This document shows, piece after piece, positions 13,630 to 27,200 of a stretch of DNA of 64,000 nucleotides. Each line of letters opens with the position of its first letter. Position 1 is the first letter of the stretch. Origin of the DNA: Octopus vulgaris (lineage: Eukaryota); NCBI GenBank assembly GCA_951406725.2, contig OX597824.1, positions 92,256,001-92,320,000 of the forward strand, read 5' to 3'. A model generated the notes under the pieces. That model worked only from the letters and a program-made list of their open reading frames with translations, was not told where the DNA came from and did no database searches. The translations under genes were made by a program, and so were the position numbers.

Positions 13630-13827
13630 AATTATTTCTTTATTGCCCAAAGGGAGCTAAACGTAGAGGGGACAAACAAGGACAGAGAAAGGGATAAACC
13701 AATCACATCGACTCCAGTGAGTAACTGGTACTTATTTAATCGACTCCGAAAGCATGAAAGGCAAAGTCGACCTCCTAAAAATTTGAACTCAGAATGTAAC
13801 AGCAAACGAAATACTGCAAAACATTTC
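13630..13827 (-). mobile_element. SINE family S2 body fragment
   Basis: Reverse complement of the S2 body (ggacaaacaaggacag, actggtacttatttaatcgac, gaaaggcaaagtcgacctc, ttgaactcagaa). Confidence 0.8.
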
Positions 13828-13828
13828 G

Positions 13829-13913
13829 ATTATTATTATTATTATGATTATTACTATTATTATTATCATTATTATTACTATTATTAGTATCATCATTATC
13901 ATCATCATCATCA

Positions 13914-13969
<56 letters not shown>

Positions 13970-13982
13970 ATTATTAATATTG

Positions 13983-14060
<78 letters not shown>
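13829..14060. repeat. (ATT)n microsatellite
   Basis: Directly visible. Confidence 0.95.
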
Positions 14061-14061
<1 letters not shown>

Positions 14062-15519
14062 GAAATACTTATTGCTGTGTTTCCTCAATTATTAATCGTG
14101 TGAGGTGATTGAAGACTATCGAAATTTTGAACATACCGAATCAATCTTATGAATATTTATAAATCTATGAATGGATCTTAGCAAATATGGAAAACATAAA
14201 ACATGGAGTGACTTTGGTGCATCTAATTATGAATTGGCGGAAAAATAGAGAGCATCGCATTAAAAATGGTCATATTTTGAAACGTGTTTCCCCATGTAAA
14301 TTATACAGGAGAGAAGCCACGCGTTTCAGAATTAATGTGAATTGTATATTAAGTAATATAGACAATCTGCTTTTAACGAGGATATTATCCGACTGTATTA
14401 GGTTTAGCCGAAATGCCGAGTACATATAATCGGATATGATTTTCTCTCCTGCTAAATCATTTTTACATTTCGATGTATAAGGCATGATAATAGAAACTCG
14501 GCATGACTTTCTCTTCTCAGCTAAAAGGCTGAGCACAAAGAAGGTAACCTGGTTGTATCGGCAACGCATTTGTCTGTTTTACTGTTATATAAACACATGG
14601 CTTATATGTATCAATTTACATCGCAAGATGACATCTATCGTGTACAACTATTACCCATAATGCTACAGTACTCGACTGATTAAAAAAAAAAGAAGTGGAA
14701 ATTTTACCGGTGAGTGTGGTAAACTGTAAGGCACAAAAAGAAAATGACTCTCCCCAGACACAACAAAATATGCTTCAACGCACGAACTCATATAAAGAAT
14801 CTTGCAAACCAAATCCAAAAACGAAATATGCGTATATGTATAAATAAGTAAGTGATAGCAAATAGAACAAACGATAATCTTTATTTAAAATCAATATAAT
14901 TGTTCCGACACACTTTTCCACCTGTATCCATTGATGAGATGTGTGATTATTAAAACAGATACAGGTGTAAAATACTGCTCCTCGTCTGATTGTTTAAATA
15001 TATCGTTCTTTATATCCTGCTGTCATTTTACTCAGTACGAGAATGAATACACAAAGTACTGTCTCATTCTTAGCAGTTTACATACAAAACTGATACCCTC
15101 AGACATAGCGACAGACAAAATACAATTATAATCGAAGTACACAATACAAAAATTAACAAATAGTCCAATGCACTTACAAATGCACATATTTATATGTTAA
15201 AAATGTGTGTAATGTTATTTGTATATTTAGTTCTTTAATCTTTATGCGGCGACAAGTTTCACACCTTTTCTTCAATTGTTATTTTTCCTTCACTCTATTC
15301 ATCTTCTTTCTTTTCGTTTTTTGATCTAATCGAACGTTTAAGGTGAGAAACTAGTAATCCTCTCTGTCGTACTTTTATGCTTTTGTTTTCATCTATCTTT
15401 ATATTTCTTATGATTGATGTTGGACTTGTTAATATCTTTTAGAATAGAAATTTTTCTTATCTATTTCGATTCGTCTGGCTTTATACATGCACATATATAC
15501 ATATATGTATACACACACA

Positions 15520-15579
<60 letters not shown>

Positions 15580-15960
15580 TACATACATATATTATTTCTT
15601 TATTTTCTTATATACACACAGATACACATTCAGGCATAAGCACACATATGTATATATGTTTATGTGTATGTATGTTTATCTGTTAACGTTTATATCTTAA
15701 ACAGCCAGACGTTCACTTGTTGACCCATCTTTGATTTTCGATACTGTAAGACGAGACAGTTGATCAGCCAATTTTCCCACAAACATATACATGCATTAAC
15801 TACACATATAGCAACACTCCCACAGTATGCATATCTTCACATAGTGTTACTCAAAGTTTCATCTGACAATTCATCGGAGAGTCTGTGAAGATTTTTTTCA
15901 CCTTTATTGCAAATACCGTATTATTCTAACTTTGGTTTAAAGAAATATATTTTCTAATTT

Positions 15961-16636
15961 ATAGAGAAAAACAATTTATTTTTAAATCTCTAAGGGAGGA
16001 ATATACAGTAACAGTACAGAAGAGTAAAGTTTATATACCAACAGAATGTGGCAGTCGTATAAACGATGCGGTTACTATTGTTTTAGCCCCAGGAAAACAT
16101 CTTTTCCAGCTGGCTATCGACACAGTTTGTGTCCGTTATAGTATTTGAAAGGGAGTTCATCGCTCCTATGTCTAGCCTTACGTGATACTCAGAAGTTTCT
16201 GGGTGGTTACCCGTCCTCAGTGCGAGACAATCACAGGCAAGTGACGAAAGCTCTATCCATTCGCAAATACAATATGTTCTTTAAGCGACACACGGTCACT
16301 GATCTCGTATAGAAAAAAACAACTTGTTTTAAATCACTGAGCATGAGATATATACAGTAAAAGAACCGAATAGTAAACTTTATATGCCAACAGAATGTAG
16401 AAGTCCTATGAAGGACGTGAGTACCATGAGGCAGTGCTATAAATGCCAGTGAGTATCAGGCAAGACTAGAGATGGGGCCGGTGGCCTCCCTTACAAATGC
16501 TATACGGACACAAACTGTGTGTCGATAGCCAGCTGGAAAAGATGTTTTCGAGCGGCTAAAACAACAGTAACACCGTCCTTTAAAGGACTGCCACATTCTG
16601 CTGGCACATAAACTTTACTATTTCGTACTGTTACCG
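15961..16636. mobile_element. Composite direct plus inverted repeat element (MITE-like or Penelope-type insertion)
   Basis: 16006-16155 is the inverse of about 16485-16636, and 15961-16067 recurs directly at about 16309-16417. Confidence 0.6.
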
Positions 16637-16740
16637 TTGCATATTTTTCATTTTACTGCTTTCTAACTTGCTTTACGTTTATGTGCTTACACATATTTTA
16701 CTTAAGTGATTACATATGTGTGCTACTCTATCTGTGCACG

Positions 16741-16742
<2 letters not shown>

Positions 16743-16833
<91 letters not shown>

Positions 16834-16934
16834 GTATATATATATGTATATATATATATGTATGTATATATATATATATATGTATATATATATGTATATA
16901 TATATATGTATGTATATATATATGTATATGTATA

Positions 16935-17007
<73 letters not shown>
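16743..17007. repeat. Long compound (TA)n/(TATG) microsatellite
   Basis: Directly visible. Confidence 0.95.
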
Positions 17008-17012
<5 letters not shown>

Positions 17013-17130
17013 TGGTATATTCTATTAAGAACGTAGTAGAGAACAGTATAAATCTCGTCCACCTTCAGATTTCACCCTGTGTTATCCGGTAGTAGTAGCC
17101 TTATACATTTATATTGATATGTAATATATA

Positions 17131-17170
<40 letters not shown>

Positions 17171-17941
17171 GAAAATAAGAATTTCCCTTTTACAGTAACT
17201 TTTTATTACCCTTTTTTGTACTTTGCGATTATAGGAATATCGCGATATACATAACGGAGGCCTACAAGCATTAATGCAGCTTTGAACGTTTTGGCACATC
17301 CTCGGAAATGCATTGCAGCGGGTTCGATATTAATATAATCGACTCTCGGCGCTTCGCTGACACTAGTTTTATAACCCTCATAAAGAAGAGAGGTACACTC
17401 GCACCCGGTGTCATTCGAATTTATTACTTGAAAGGTTCGTAGCAAATTTACATGCATAACCCTGTCGGTGAAGCATTACGAATTTTCGAATCTCATCCGA
17501 GAGAACTAAATGATTTGCGATTGCTATTTACAATTTGTACAACTAAATCGCCCTTGCAAGCTTTATTATAGTCCATTCTTTACAACGCGTAACCACCCGT
17601 ATATAAATACCCTAATAAAATTTTAGTATATTGTAATTAATCTTCAACATTACAACTTTTATAGCTGTACAGTTTGAAAGCCATATTAGATGTTGAATGG
17701 AGTCTATGACTGTAGGGTTCAAAAGTTAGCCCTACCACGTACATGATTCTCCGGTTTGAATTCATTTTGCAGCACCTTGAGCAGGGAAATTCTATGCTAT
17801 TTTCATGTCAGTTAAAAACCTCGAGAACGGAATTTGTAGACGTAACGTCCATGGAGGTCTATGACGACACAAAACCTCGTTCGACTTTGCGGGTATATAT
17901 TACATACCAAATAGATTGTCACGATATCTGGTATTAGTTAC

Positions 17942-18332
17942 GCGGCGACCTGGCAGAAACATTAGCCCGCTGGGCGAAATGCCTAGTGGTATTTTGTCTG
18001 CCGCTACGTTCTGAGTTCAAATACCGCCGACGTCGACTTTGCCTTTTCTCCTTTCGGGGTTGATTAAATAAGTACCAGTAACGCACTGGGGTCGATATAA
18101 TTGACTTAATCCGTTTGTCTGACCTTGCTTGTCCTCTCTGTGTTTAGCCCCTTGTAGGTAGTAAAGAAATAGGTATTTCGTTTGTCTTTACGTTCTGAGT
18201 TCGAATTCCGCTGAGGTCGACTTTGCCTTTCATCCTTCCGGGGTCGATAAATTAAGTACCAGTCGCGTACTGGCGTCGATCTAATCGGCTGGTCAAAAAA
18301 TTCCGGGCATTGTGCCTAGAATAGAAAAGAAT
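17942..18332 (+). mobile_element. SINE family S2, two body units
   Basis: gcggcgacctggcagaaacattagc head, two B-box-containing body units, tail gggcattgtgcctagaatagaaaagaat. Confidence 0.85.
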
Positions 18333-18967
18333 CGTTAGGATCCCAAGGAATATGCGTAGCGGTATTTTGTCCGTTTGTATGTTCTGAAATTAAAACCCAC
18401 CAAGATCGAATTTGACTTTCATCATTTAGGGGTCGATAAAATAAGTACCAGTTGAGTACCGGCGGTAATGTAATCGACCCACGTTCTTCACTGAACTTGT
18501 GGCCCCTTCTAACAACGTTTGAAATCAATGTTTACATTCAATATTTGGACAATGTTTACATTCAATATTTGGACACAAAACCAGCAATGTTAGGAGAGGC
18601 GATTAAATCCAGTGGTCGGCTGATCCCCGATTTTATTGAACCGGGTAAAACTGAAAGGTTAACTTGATTTGGTGAGATTTGAGCGAAGAAAGCCGAAAGG
18701 AATAACGCAAAGCATATTTTCTAATGTTTGAACTATTCTGCTACAACACCGCCTTAACAAAAATAAGAAAGATATCCGATAGCGTTATAGCAACCACGCA
18801 TTTGTTGGGGCGGGGAAGGGTTAGCAATGAAAGACAGATACCGGTATTTTAGTGGTTTCATTAATTATCGTCTTGTATAATTATCCTCTTATAGAAAGGC
18901 AACCCAGGCTGGAATAGATTTCAATCAGAACTTAATGTGGTGTGAATGAATATACAAGGTCCCTCGA

Positions 18968-19057
<90 letters not shown>

Positions 19058-19226
19058 CAGCAGTACTCTGCTGCTAGTGGAAGAGGAAGCAGCTGCAGCA
19101 GTAGTGGCAAGAGTAGGAGCAGAAGTGATAGTTGCAGTTTCTGATAAAGAAGAAATTTCAGGCGCCAGAATCGATGAGGGAGTAACAAAAACACCATATT
19201 TAAAGCCACGTCAAAATAACAACAAC

Positions 19227-19260
<34 letters not shown>

Positions 19261-19280
19261 ACAACAACAACAATAACAAC

Positions 19281-19335
<55 letters not shown>
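18968..19335. repeat. (TAG)n and (AAC)n(AAT)n microsatellites
   Basis: Directly visible; these explain the poly-Ser/poly-Asn pseudo-ORF 18942..19343. Confidence 0.95.
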
Positions 19336-19336
<1 letters not shown>

Positions 19337-20441
19337 GGAATAAAGCATCGAGACGTAATAATTTGTATGAAAACTGATTATGAAAAAAATACAATTAAGA
19401 CACAGAAAAAGTTAGAAATTCAATAAATAAAAAACAAATATCAATAAATAATAAGTAAATAATAAGTAAATAACTAGAAAAGATGACGAAAAATTTATCC
19501 TTGTATGGATTTTGTTATAGAATTTATGTTAGGAATCGTAAATTATGTTCGTTGGCTGGCTATCAGTTTGAACGCAGTTAACAAAGTATCTTAATTCCGT
19601 AACGGCTATCATTTATCTCATTCTTTTAATACATATCCCGTTGTTATTATTGTTATTCTTATTGTCTTATGCTACATATCTTCCAATAGTGATGGCCGCC
19701 GATTAAAAGCGGAAGTCTACGCCGAGGAATGAAGTGGATCATGGAGGGGAAACAAAAAAGCTTATCTTCGTTTTATGATAGCGATAAATCACTACCGCAG
19801 ATGAGTATCAACGTTTAACTGTTACAGCCGATAGCAAAACTGTCGAATGAACGTGTTAATTCTCTATAAACATACAGCGATCTGACTACTAGAATGTCCT
19901 CACTCATCCGTAAATAAACGCGTGCGTATATATGCGTATATGCATTTTATTTTTCTTTCTCCTACGGTACGTATGAGTATCTGTGTGTGGATATTTTATG
20001 AGTGTTATCGGAGGAGTGCATGTTTTATTCATTCGTTCTGAGAATTTTATTTTCTGTATTTTGGCTCGTAGGAATAAGCTATATATCTACACAGATAACG
20101 AAAAAAAAAAAACCCCAAAAAAGAACACGAAAAATAAATAAGAAGGAATATTCTAAGATTAGTCTTTTGGGTCTGTAAATTGTTCTCGTTCTGCTCTCAT
20201 CCACGGTTTCTGTTTTAGCTTCAATTATTTTACATATTTGAAGATTAGACTAGAGTTAAGACAATAATTTATTCAAAATGCACATAGAATACAAGAGACG
20301 TCGAAAAAAAGGGGATGGAAAAGAATTCTGGAATAATTTATTGTGGTATTCTTTAATACACCCTCTATACACGTGCAGGCTTGCATATGCACATGTATAT
20401 ATGTACATATATATACATACACACACACATACACACACACG

Positions 20442-20475
<34 letters not shown>

Positions 20476-20488
20476 CATATATATATAG

Positions 20489-20521
<33 letters not shown>

Positions 20522-20557
20522 TGTATATATGTATGAATGCATATACATACATATATA

Positions 20558-20611
<54 letters not shown>

Positions 20612-21187
20612 ATATATATACATTCATACATGCATGCATGCTCACACATACACGCATATGTACAAGTGTGCTTGCATATACACATAGAAAAATGCGGTGA
20701 TCTTCTTTGATCTTTTGTGTCTGCAAATGCATTCCGTTTCATAGTAATTTTCCTTTTTATTTCAGTTATTCTACGTGTTTGAAGATTACGCTAGTGTTCA
20801 CATTCTCTCTGGCCTAAATGTGTGCACATTATACAGGAGACATTATGAAAGAGAATGGAAAAAAATCTAGAAAGATCCATTGTATTTATTTCAAAACATT
20901 CCTGTTGCATATGCATCCGCATTTTGAAGGTAAATACATACTATTACTCGTTTGCTACATGTAAAAATGATGTTAAAAAACATTTCTCTTGCACGTCTGA
21001 CAAGGACGAACTGAGCTTTTAGGGCTCTATTGATTTCTTAGGTTAATGCAAGGTGCATATTGATATTTAGCAAAGTTCGATTCATGGTTGATTGGTTTTA
21101 TAAGGAATATTTTCCCGCTATGAAACTCAGCTTTAAATTCTTCATCTTTCGTGTATCCAAATACGTAATCATATATGTTATCATATA

Positions 21188-21769
21188 CAATAATCCCTCG
21201 ACAACCGCGTTCAAAAACACCCCCGCGATATGTGAAAATCCGCGAAGTAGAAATTGTACGTTTTTTTTTATTTTTATAATTTGTATATATTTATTTTATT
21301 ATAAATACGAAACAACACCACGCACTCGCCTCCCGAGTTTCGTTTCCCATACAGTATGCGCGACTCTTTGTTTACTCAACTATGGGACACTACGTATTTT
21401 CTTTTATTGTATATTAATTAATGTGTTATACAGAGCACTACTGTACTATATCTTTATTAATTAATGTATTAATTTTTAGGCGAGAGAATGCTTATCTTAT
21501 CACAAAAATAATAAAATCTAATTCTGTTGTGTCTGGGGAAAGTAATTCTCTTTAACACACTCATTGGTAAAATTTACACATATTTCTTTCTTACTTATAT
21601 ATTTGCAAACCAAATTCTAAGACGAAATAAAATCTAAAAAATCTAAATACCTATCGGTCGCAGAATCCCGCGATATGCTGAGGACTCCACAATATAAATT
21701 TCCATATAATAGGCAGAAAAATCCGCGATGTACTGAGGGAGAGTAAGGCGAAGTGGCGAGTGATTACTG
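21188..21769. mobile_element. Tigger/pogo-type MITE
   Basis: TA|CAATAATCCCTCG ... CGAGTGATTACTG|TA: imperfect TIRs with TA target duplication and internal subterminal aaaatccgcga repeats. No ORF. Confidence 0.75.
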
Positions 21770-21775
21770 TACACA

Positions 21776-22047
21776 CTCTTACTCTCTTTTTACTCATTTA
21801 CTTGTCTCAGTCATTTGACTACGGCCATGCTGGAGCACCGCCTTTAGTCGAGCAAATCGACTCCAGGACCTATTCTTTGTAAGCCTGGTACTTATTCTAT
21901 CGGTCTGTTTTCCCGAACCGCTAAGTTACGGGGATGTAAACGCACCAAGCATCGGTTGACAGGCGATGTTGCGGGGGACAAACAGACACACAAACATACA
22001 CACACATACACACACATGCACACACACACACACACATACACACACAC

Positions 22048-22092
<45 letters not shown>

Positions 22093-22247
22093 TACGACGG
22101 GATTTTTTTCAGTTTCCGTCTACCAAATCCATTCAGAAGCCTTTGGTCAGCCCGACGCTATAGTAGAAGACACTTGCCCAAGGTGCCACGCAGTGGGACG
22201 GAACCTGAAACCATGTGGTTGGTAAGTAAACTACTTACCACACAGCC
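21776..22247 (-). mobile_element. Full-length bipartite tRNA-derived SINE (family S1)
   Basis: Reverse complement of 34767-35176: tRNA-like head, internal (TA)n(TG)n, second body, AAGAGT-type tail. Confidence 0.9.
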
Positions 22248-23232
22248 ATATATATATATATATATATATCAAATGACTTGTTATAATAAACGGTCTTCAT
22301 TTATAATTCTGAGGAACTTATCGAATACGAATTCTCAAGGCCAATATGTAGAGTATTCGACTGAAACACAGATGATTAGCTTGCTATAACACTGCTTCTG
22401 TTGCAGGGCGACTAATTGCAACATCTCTAACTTTTCGTCCACGGCTCTCCTATATCAGAGGCAATATATTTTGTCTTATCCCGCAGTTTGCATTCAATAT
22501 ATGCTACTGACGAAGCCTAAGGACATAGAAATGTACAGGAAAACTCTTGTTCGCTACCTATATAATATCCATGTTTTTAAACACGGTGCCGCCAAGAAGT
22601 ATATTATCTCCGGTCGAATACCGCAGTTAATTTGTCTTTGGTGATATATCTGCATTAAGTTGGATAAGCAGATGTCTCTCTTGTTCTTATAATGTTCCCA
22701 TTACTCTTAACCTTGTGCGGTGTTTATTGTTTCAGCTGTAATTGTAAAATTAAGATCTGCGGCAAGTGTTTGTTACAAGTATTTAACATTCATTTAATTG
22801 TCGTTACTGTCTTCATTTTGCTATTGTAAAGCTGTTGCTATTGTATTTCTTGCGACAATTTCCTTGTTCTGATTTTGGTTGTTGATTTGTTTTAAATGTT
22901 CGACATAATGTGAACGGATGTTTGAGTATTAAATGAAATTCTCACAACAATAACAACTGCACTATATGAAAACAATAACAGTAAATTCAACGAAAACAAA
23001 GTAAAGCAAAAGTTATGATGAGGAGGAAAGGGATACGAGAAACATATCTGCTCTTAAACAACTAATGATTCAAGATTTACACGTGTCTCTAATAATACAT
23101 ATACAAAACTATAAAAGCCAGCATTATCACACACACACACACACACACATAAAGAAGCGCATATAAATTTGTGTGTACATTTACGTGTTTGTAGTTGGGT
23201 ATAAATGCATATATCTGTGCATATATATACAT

Positions 23233-23270
<38 letters not shown>

Positions 23271-23273
<3 letters not shown>

Positions 23274-23462
23274 GGTCCCGGGTTGAGTCGGGGTTAACCA
23301 CAGTAAATAAGGTACTCAATACATAGCAGAGTGAATTAATTTATTTTATAGAAGGAGCTTCTACAGGACTAGAACTGTTTCATTCAAAAGAAATCATCAG
23401 GAAGCTTGATTGAGTTCTTTTGAATGAAACAGTTCTAGTCCTGTAGAAGCTCCTTCTATAAA

Positions 23463-23468
<6 letters not shown>
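23271..23468 (-). mobile_element. ~200-bp hammerhead-bearing fold-back element inserted in (TA)n
   Basis: Perfect 54-bp inverted repeat 23339-23392 / 23415-23468, (TA)n on both flanks, complete hammerhead inside. Confidence 0.75.
23356..23406 (-). ncRNA. Complete type-I hammerhead ribozyme
   Basis: AGCTTC-CTGATGA-T-TTC-TTTT-GAA-T-GAA-ACAG-TTCTAGTC-CTGT-A-GAAGCT: 6-bp stem I, canonical core, 3-bp stem II with U-U at 10.1/11.1, 4-bp stem III, GUA cleavage triplet. Confidence 0.8.
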
Positions 23469-23514
<46 letters not shown>

Positions 23515-23746
23515 AATAGATGAGTGCATTTTTCCCTTGTTAACAATTAACACGGAAAAGTAGATAAATACTTACCAGGGTAGCAAAAATTCGCACAAGT
23601 AAAGAGGTTGTAACTCCTTGTTTTTAAAGGTAGAAACGTCCATAAATAAATGGAGTTTAACGCAGTGATAATTCAAATACTCTTATTTCCCACACACGTT
23701 TCGAAGATATCACTGATATTATTCCAAATAATATTATTTACATACA

Positions 23747-23825
<79 letters not shown>

Positions 23826-24513
23826 TATATACATACGTATACGTACATATTTACATGTATACGTATATACATATGCATATGTGGGCACAGGACGTAAGAA
23901 AATATAAACAACAGAAAATACGAAGTACGAGGATATGGAATAAGGACTTTTTTTGCAAGCAACGAAAGAAAGAAATGAAAAACAAGACAAGCAACACAAA
24001 GTACGAGCCTTCATCAGTTGTCGGCTGTTTTTCTAATCCGTATTTCGAGCAATTCACGACAAGATGCGACTTCGTTAAAACAGTTGCTCCCGCAAAGTAA
24101 ATTGAATAAAATTTGCGATCTTTCGGAGGATCAAGATTAGTGACAAATACAAGCCAGTGAAAAGAAACAGAAAGGGCTTCTAAGCCTAAATGAGGTTGTG
24201 GTGGCGAACGCGAAGAAACAATTCTGGACAGGAGACGGTGAACAACACGTCTTCCCCGTCCAGCTGAAACAAGCAGAAAGAAAGAAACACAAGTTAAGAG
24301 AAGAAAGAAAAAATGGCCGATGGTCACGTGGGGGCAAAGTTGAGCAAAGGAGGGAGAGTGAGGGAGAGAGAATGACAGACAGAGAACTATGAAGGGCAGA
24401 GGAAAAAAAATTGGAAACAGTATAAGAGTGAAAAAGAGAGAAGGAGAAGGGGAGGCAAAGGAATAAGAGAAAGCAAAGGAGAAAACGCGTAAAAGGATAG
24501 AATAGAATTAAGA

Positions 24514-24566
24514 CTTGTGAGTGGATTTGGTAGACGGAAACAGAAAGAAGCCCGTCGTATATAAGA

Positions 24567-24658
<92 letters not shown>

Positions 24659-24790
24659 TTGTCTGTCTGTGTTTGTCCCCCCCCCCCAGCATCGCTTGAC
24701 GACCGATGCTGGTGTGTTTACGTCCATGTAACTTAGCGGTTCGGCATGTGAGACCGATGGAATAAGTACTGGGCCTACAAAGAATAAGTC
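24514..24790 (+). mobile_element. 5'-truncated SINE family S1 copy
   Basis: cttgtgagtggatttggtagacggaaac...(TA)n(TG)n...gtttgtccccc...accgatgctggtgtgtttacgtcc. Confidence 0.85.
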
Positions 24791-26482
24791 ATACAGAATA
24801 AATACTTGTCCACACACAAACACACACAACACACACACACGCTGGCATGTGGCTATCTAAGGATTCGCATGTATGTGTATATATTTAGATGTGCAGTTTA
24901 GCAGACGTATCTGTGTATAGTTGCATAGATATGCATGACTGACCGTACAGAATGTAGAATGTTTGTGCTGCTTTAAAAATATATGTATACTACTGTACAG
25001 ATATTCTTTTTGCAGTGTATAGGCCACGTTATGTGGCTATATACGTAATCTTATGCTGCTTTGAACACAAACTTGTACAGTGTTATAATCTTATACCACT
25101 CTGACATTATCAGTGCGTTATCCGGGCGTCAACCTGCTCTTGTAAAAATATTAGAGTACAGTTGCGTCACCACAGTCCACTGTGAACTGTTTTAAGAACT
25201 GCATCTTGCGTGCGACGCGCAAAATAAAAGAGAAGAAATTCGTTCTCGTCTGGAGGCAGTGATTGCCTAAAACGGTAGCTATATTGAGTGATATATGTGT
25301 TTGCAGTAATAAATGTTACATTAAAATTATATCAGTTTACAACCATTATTTCATTATTTATAAGCAGTTTTAGGCATTTTAAAAATTGTCTCAATTTATC
25401 TGCAAGACCCTGTATACTCAATCATAAATGATGAGGGAAGCAGCATCAATAATATCTAAATAGTTAACCAGTACAAAAGCAAGCAATGTTTTGTATATGG
25501 GTGTATAGCACACGTTGTATACAGCAGATGATACACTACGGCAAATGCTGTTAAAGACATAACATGCTTCTACTGGAATAGTTGAAAGGAGATTCAGGTT
25601 AGAAAGATGCACTGAAGCAAACTTGTAAAAAACAAGCGTAAATAACAATATTAAACCAAAATCTGATTCTCAAATATTTAGAAATTAATGAAGTTTATAG
25701 AGTTCGTTCTAAGAAAAGACAAAGAAATGTTTGTGACAGAATAATATAGACACAGGAGATTAATAACTGAAAATGGAACTGAATACAGAAAAGTAAAAAA
25801 TGGAATAGGCTCCTGTGTTCTAGGTTTTGTAGTAATAAGTTTTGCCTATAATAGACTTTACTGAACGCAAAATGAATTATGAAAACTAGAAAGAAATATA
25901 AGAAAAGCTGTAATTGGGTTTAAAATGCATAACCCAAAATCTGACACAGTAAGACACATTTTGTTATGATTCTTGTGATGTAAAGTAGACTAGAAATGAA
26001 TTATAGAATATCTTGTGTACGATAAGAAGAAATATATGGTTGAAAATATAGGATAATTAATGAGAGTAGCTAAACAATAAGGAAATAGCAAAAAACAGTA
26101 AAAAAAAAATAGCTGAAATATTTAATTTGCTTTCCTTGGGGAGAGCAAGGATATATTTTTAGAGGGCGATATAACAGAGCAAAAGAAAAACGCACGAACA
26201 ATTGACATGAGAGAGTATATACAACAAAAAAATACGAATAATTTGAAAACTAAAGTTAATTAGAGACTAGAGAATGCATTGTTGAAACTGATCGGAAGAA
26301 TCAAATAAGCAATCTTACCTGGCAAATACGTGAGAACACTTGAACACGTTACGTGTAGAGGAAGAGAAATTTCTGTTTGGTGCGTGGAAAAATGAAGGAA
26401 TTAGAACGGAAGTCGGAGAAATATAGTTAGGGGGCACAATACCAAAGACTACCAACTGCAAACAATCAAATGATCAAGATGA

Positions 26483-26547
<65 letters not shown>

Positions 26548-26572
26548 AACCACTACTACCACCTGTACAGAT

Positions 26573-27110
26573 GGACCAGATATTGTTGTAAAAGACCAAA
26601 ACAATAAAGTCCGTTTATTGATCGACATGAGCATACCCTGTGACCATAATATCTCGGCAAAAGAATTTGATAAGCTCAGAGAATATAAAGATTTGCTGAT
26701 TGAAATCGAGAAATGTGGCATCTCAACACGGTTACAATACCAGTGATTATAGGCGCATTTGGAATAATTAAAAAGGGGACTGAAAATTATTTAAGAATGA
26801 TCCCTAGACTACTATCCATACAGGAAGTGCAAAAAATTGTCTTAACTGTAATGCTACACGTATTCAGAAGAGCACCGTCGCTGTGAATTTTCTTTCTTTT
26901 TCACCCTTTATTACATTTGCCTACTTTTCTATTTTTCTTTTTTTCCCTTTTCCTCTCTGTCTTTTTTCTATCACATGACTCTGTAAATAAACAATCTGAT
27001 GTGCTTGTTTTAATGGTCTACCAATTTATACAGTATGTTACTCTGCCTAAGGTGTCAGGAAGACACTCAACAAGAAATGGAAACGGAGTTGAAAGAAGAT
27101 GCTAATGAAA
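26573..27110 (+). mobile_element. R4/Dong-clade non-LTR retrotransposon 3' fragment (restriction-like endonuclease domain and 3' UTR), pseudogenised
   Basis: Translates PDIVVKDQNNKVRLLIDMSIPCDHNISAKEFDKLREYKDLLIEIE...TIPVIIGAFG...IQEVQKIVL...*, the PD-(D/E)xK RLE motif. Frameshifted; the 3' end runs into (AAT)n. Confidence 0.85.
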
Positions 27111-27131
27111 ATAATAATAATAATAATATTG

Positions 27132-27195
<64 letters not shown>

Positions 27196-27200
27196 TAATA

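Noticed and set aside
14505-14550. Possible 23-nt micro-exon (ctttctcttctcag...AAG|gtaacc)
   Set aside because: Splice-like signals of this strength occur by chance, and there are no supporting neighbouring exons.
23339-23468. Possible pre-miRNA hairpin or MITE TIRs
   Set aside because: The perfect 54-bp arms are better explained as an inversion at retroelement insertion, and the element extends ~70 bp beyond one arm.
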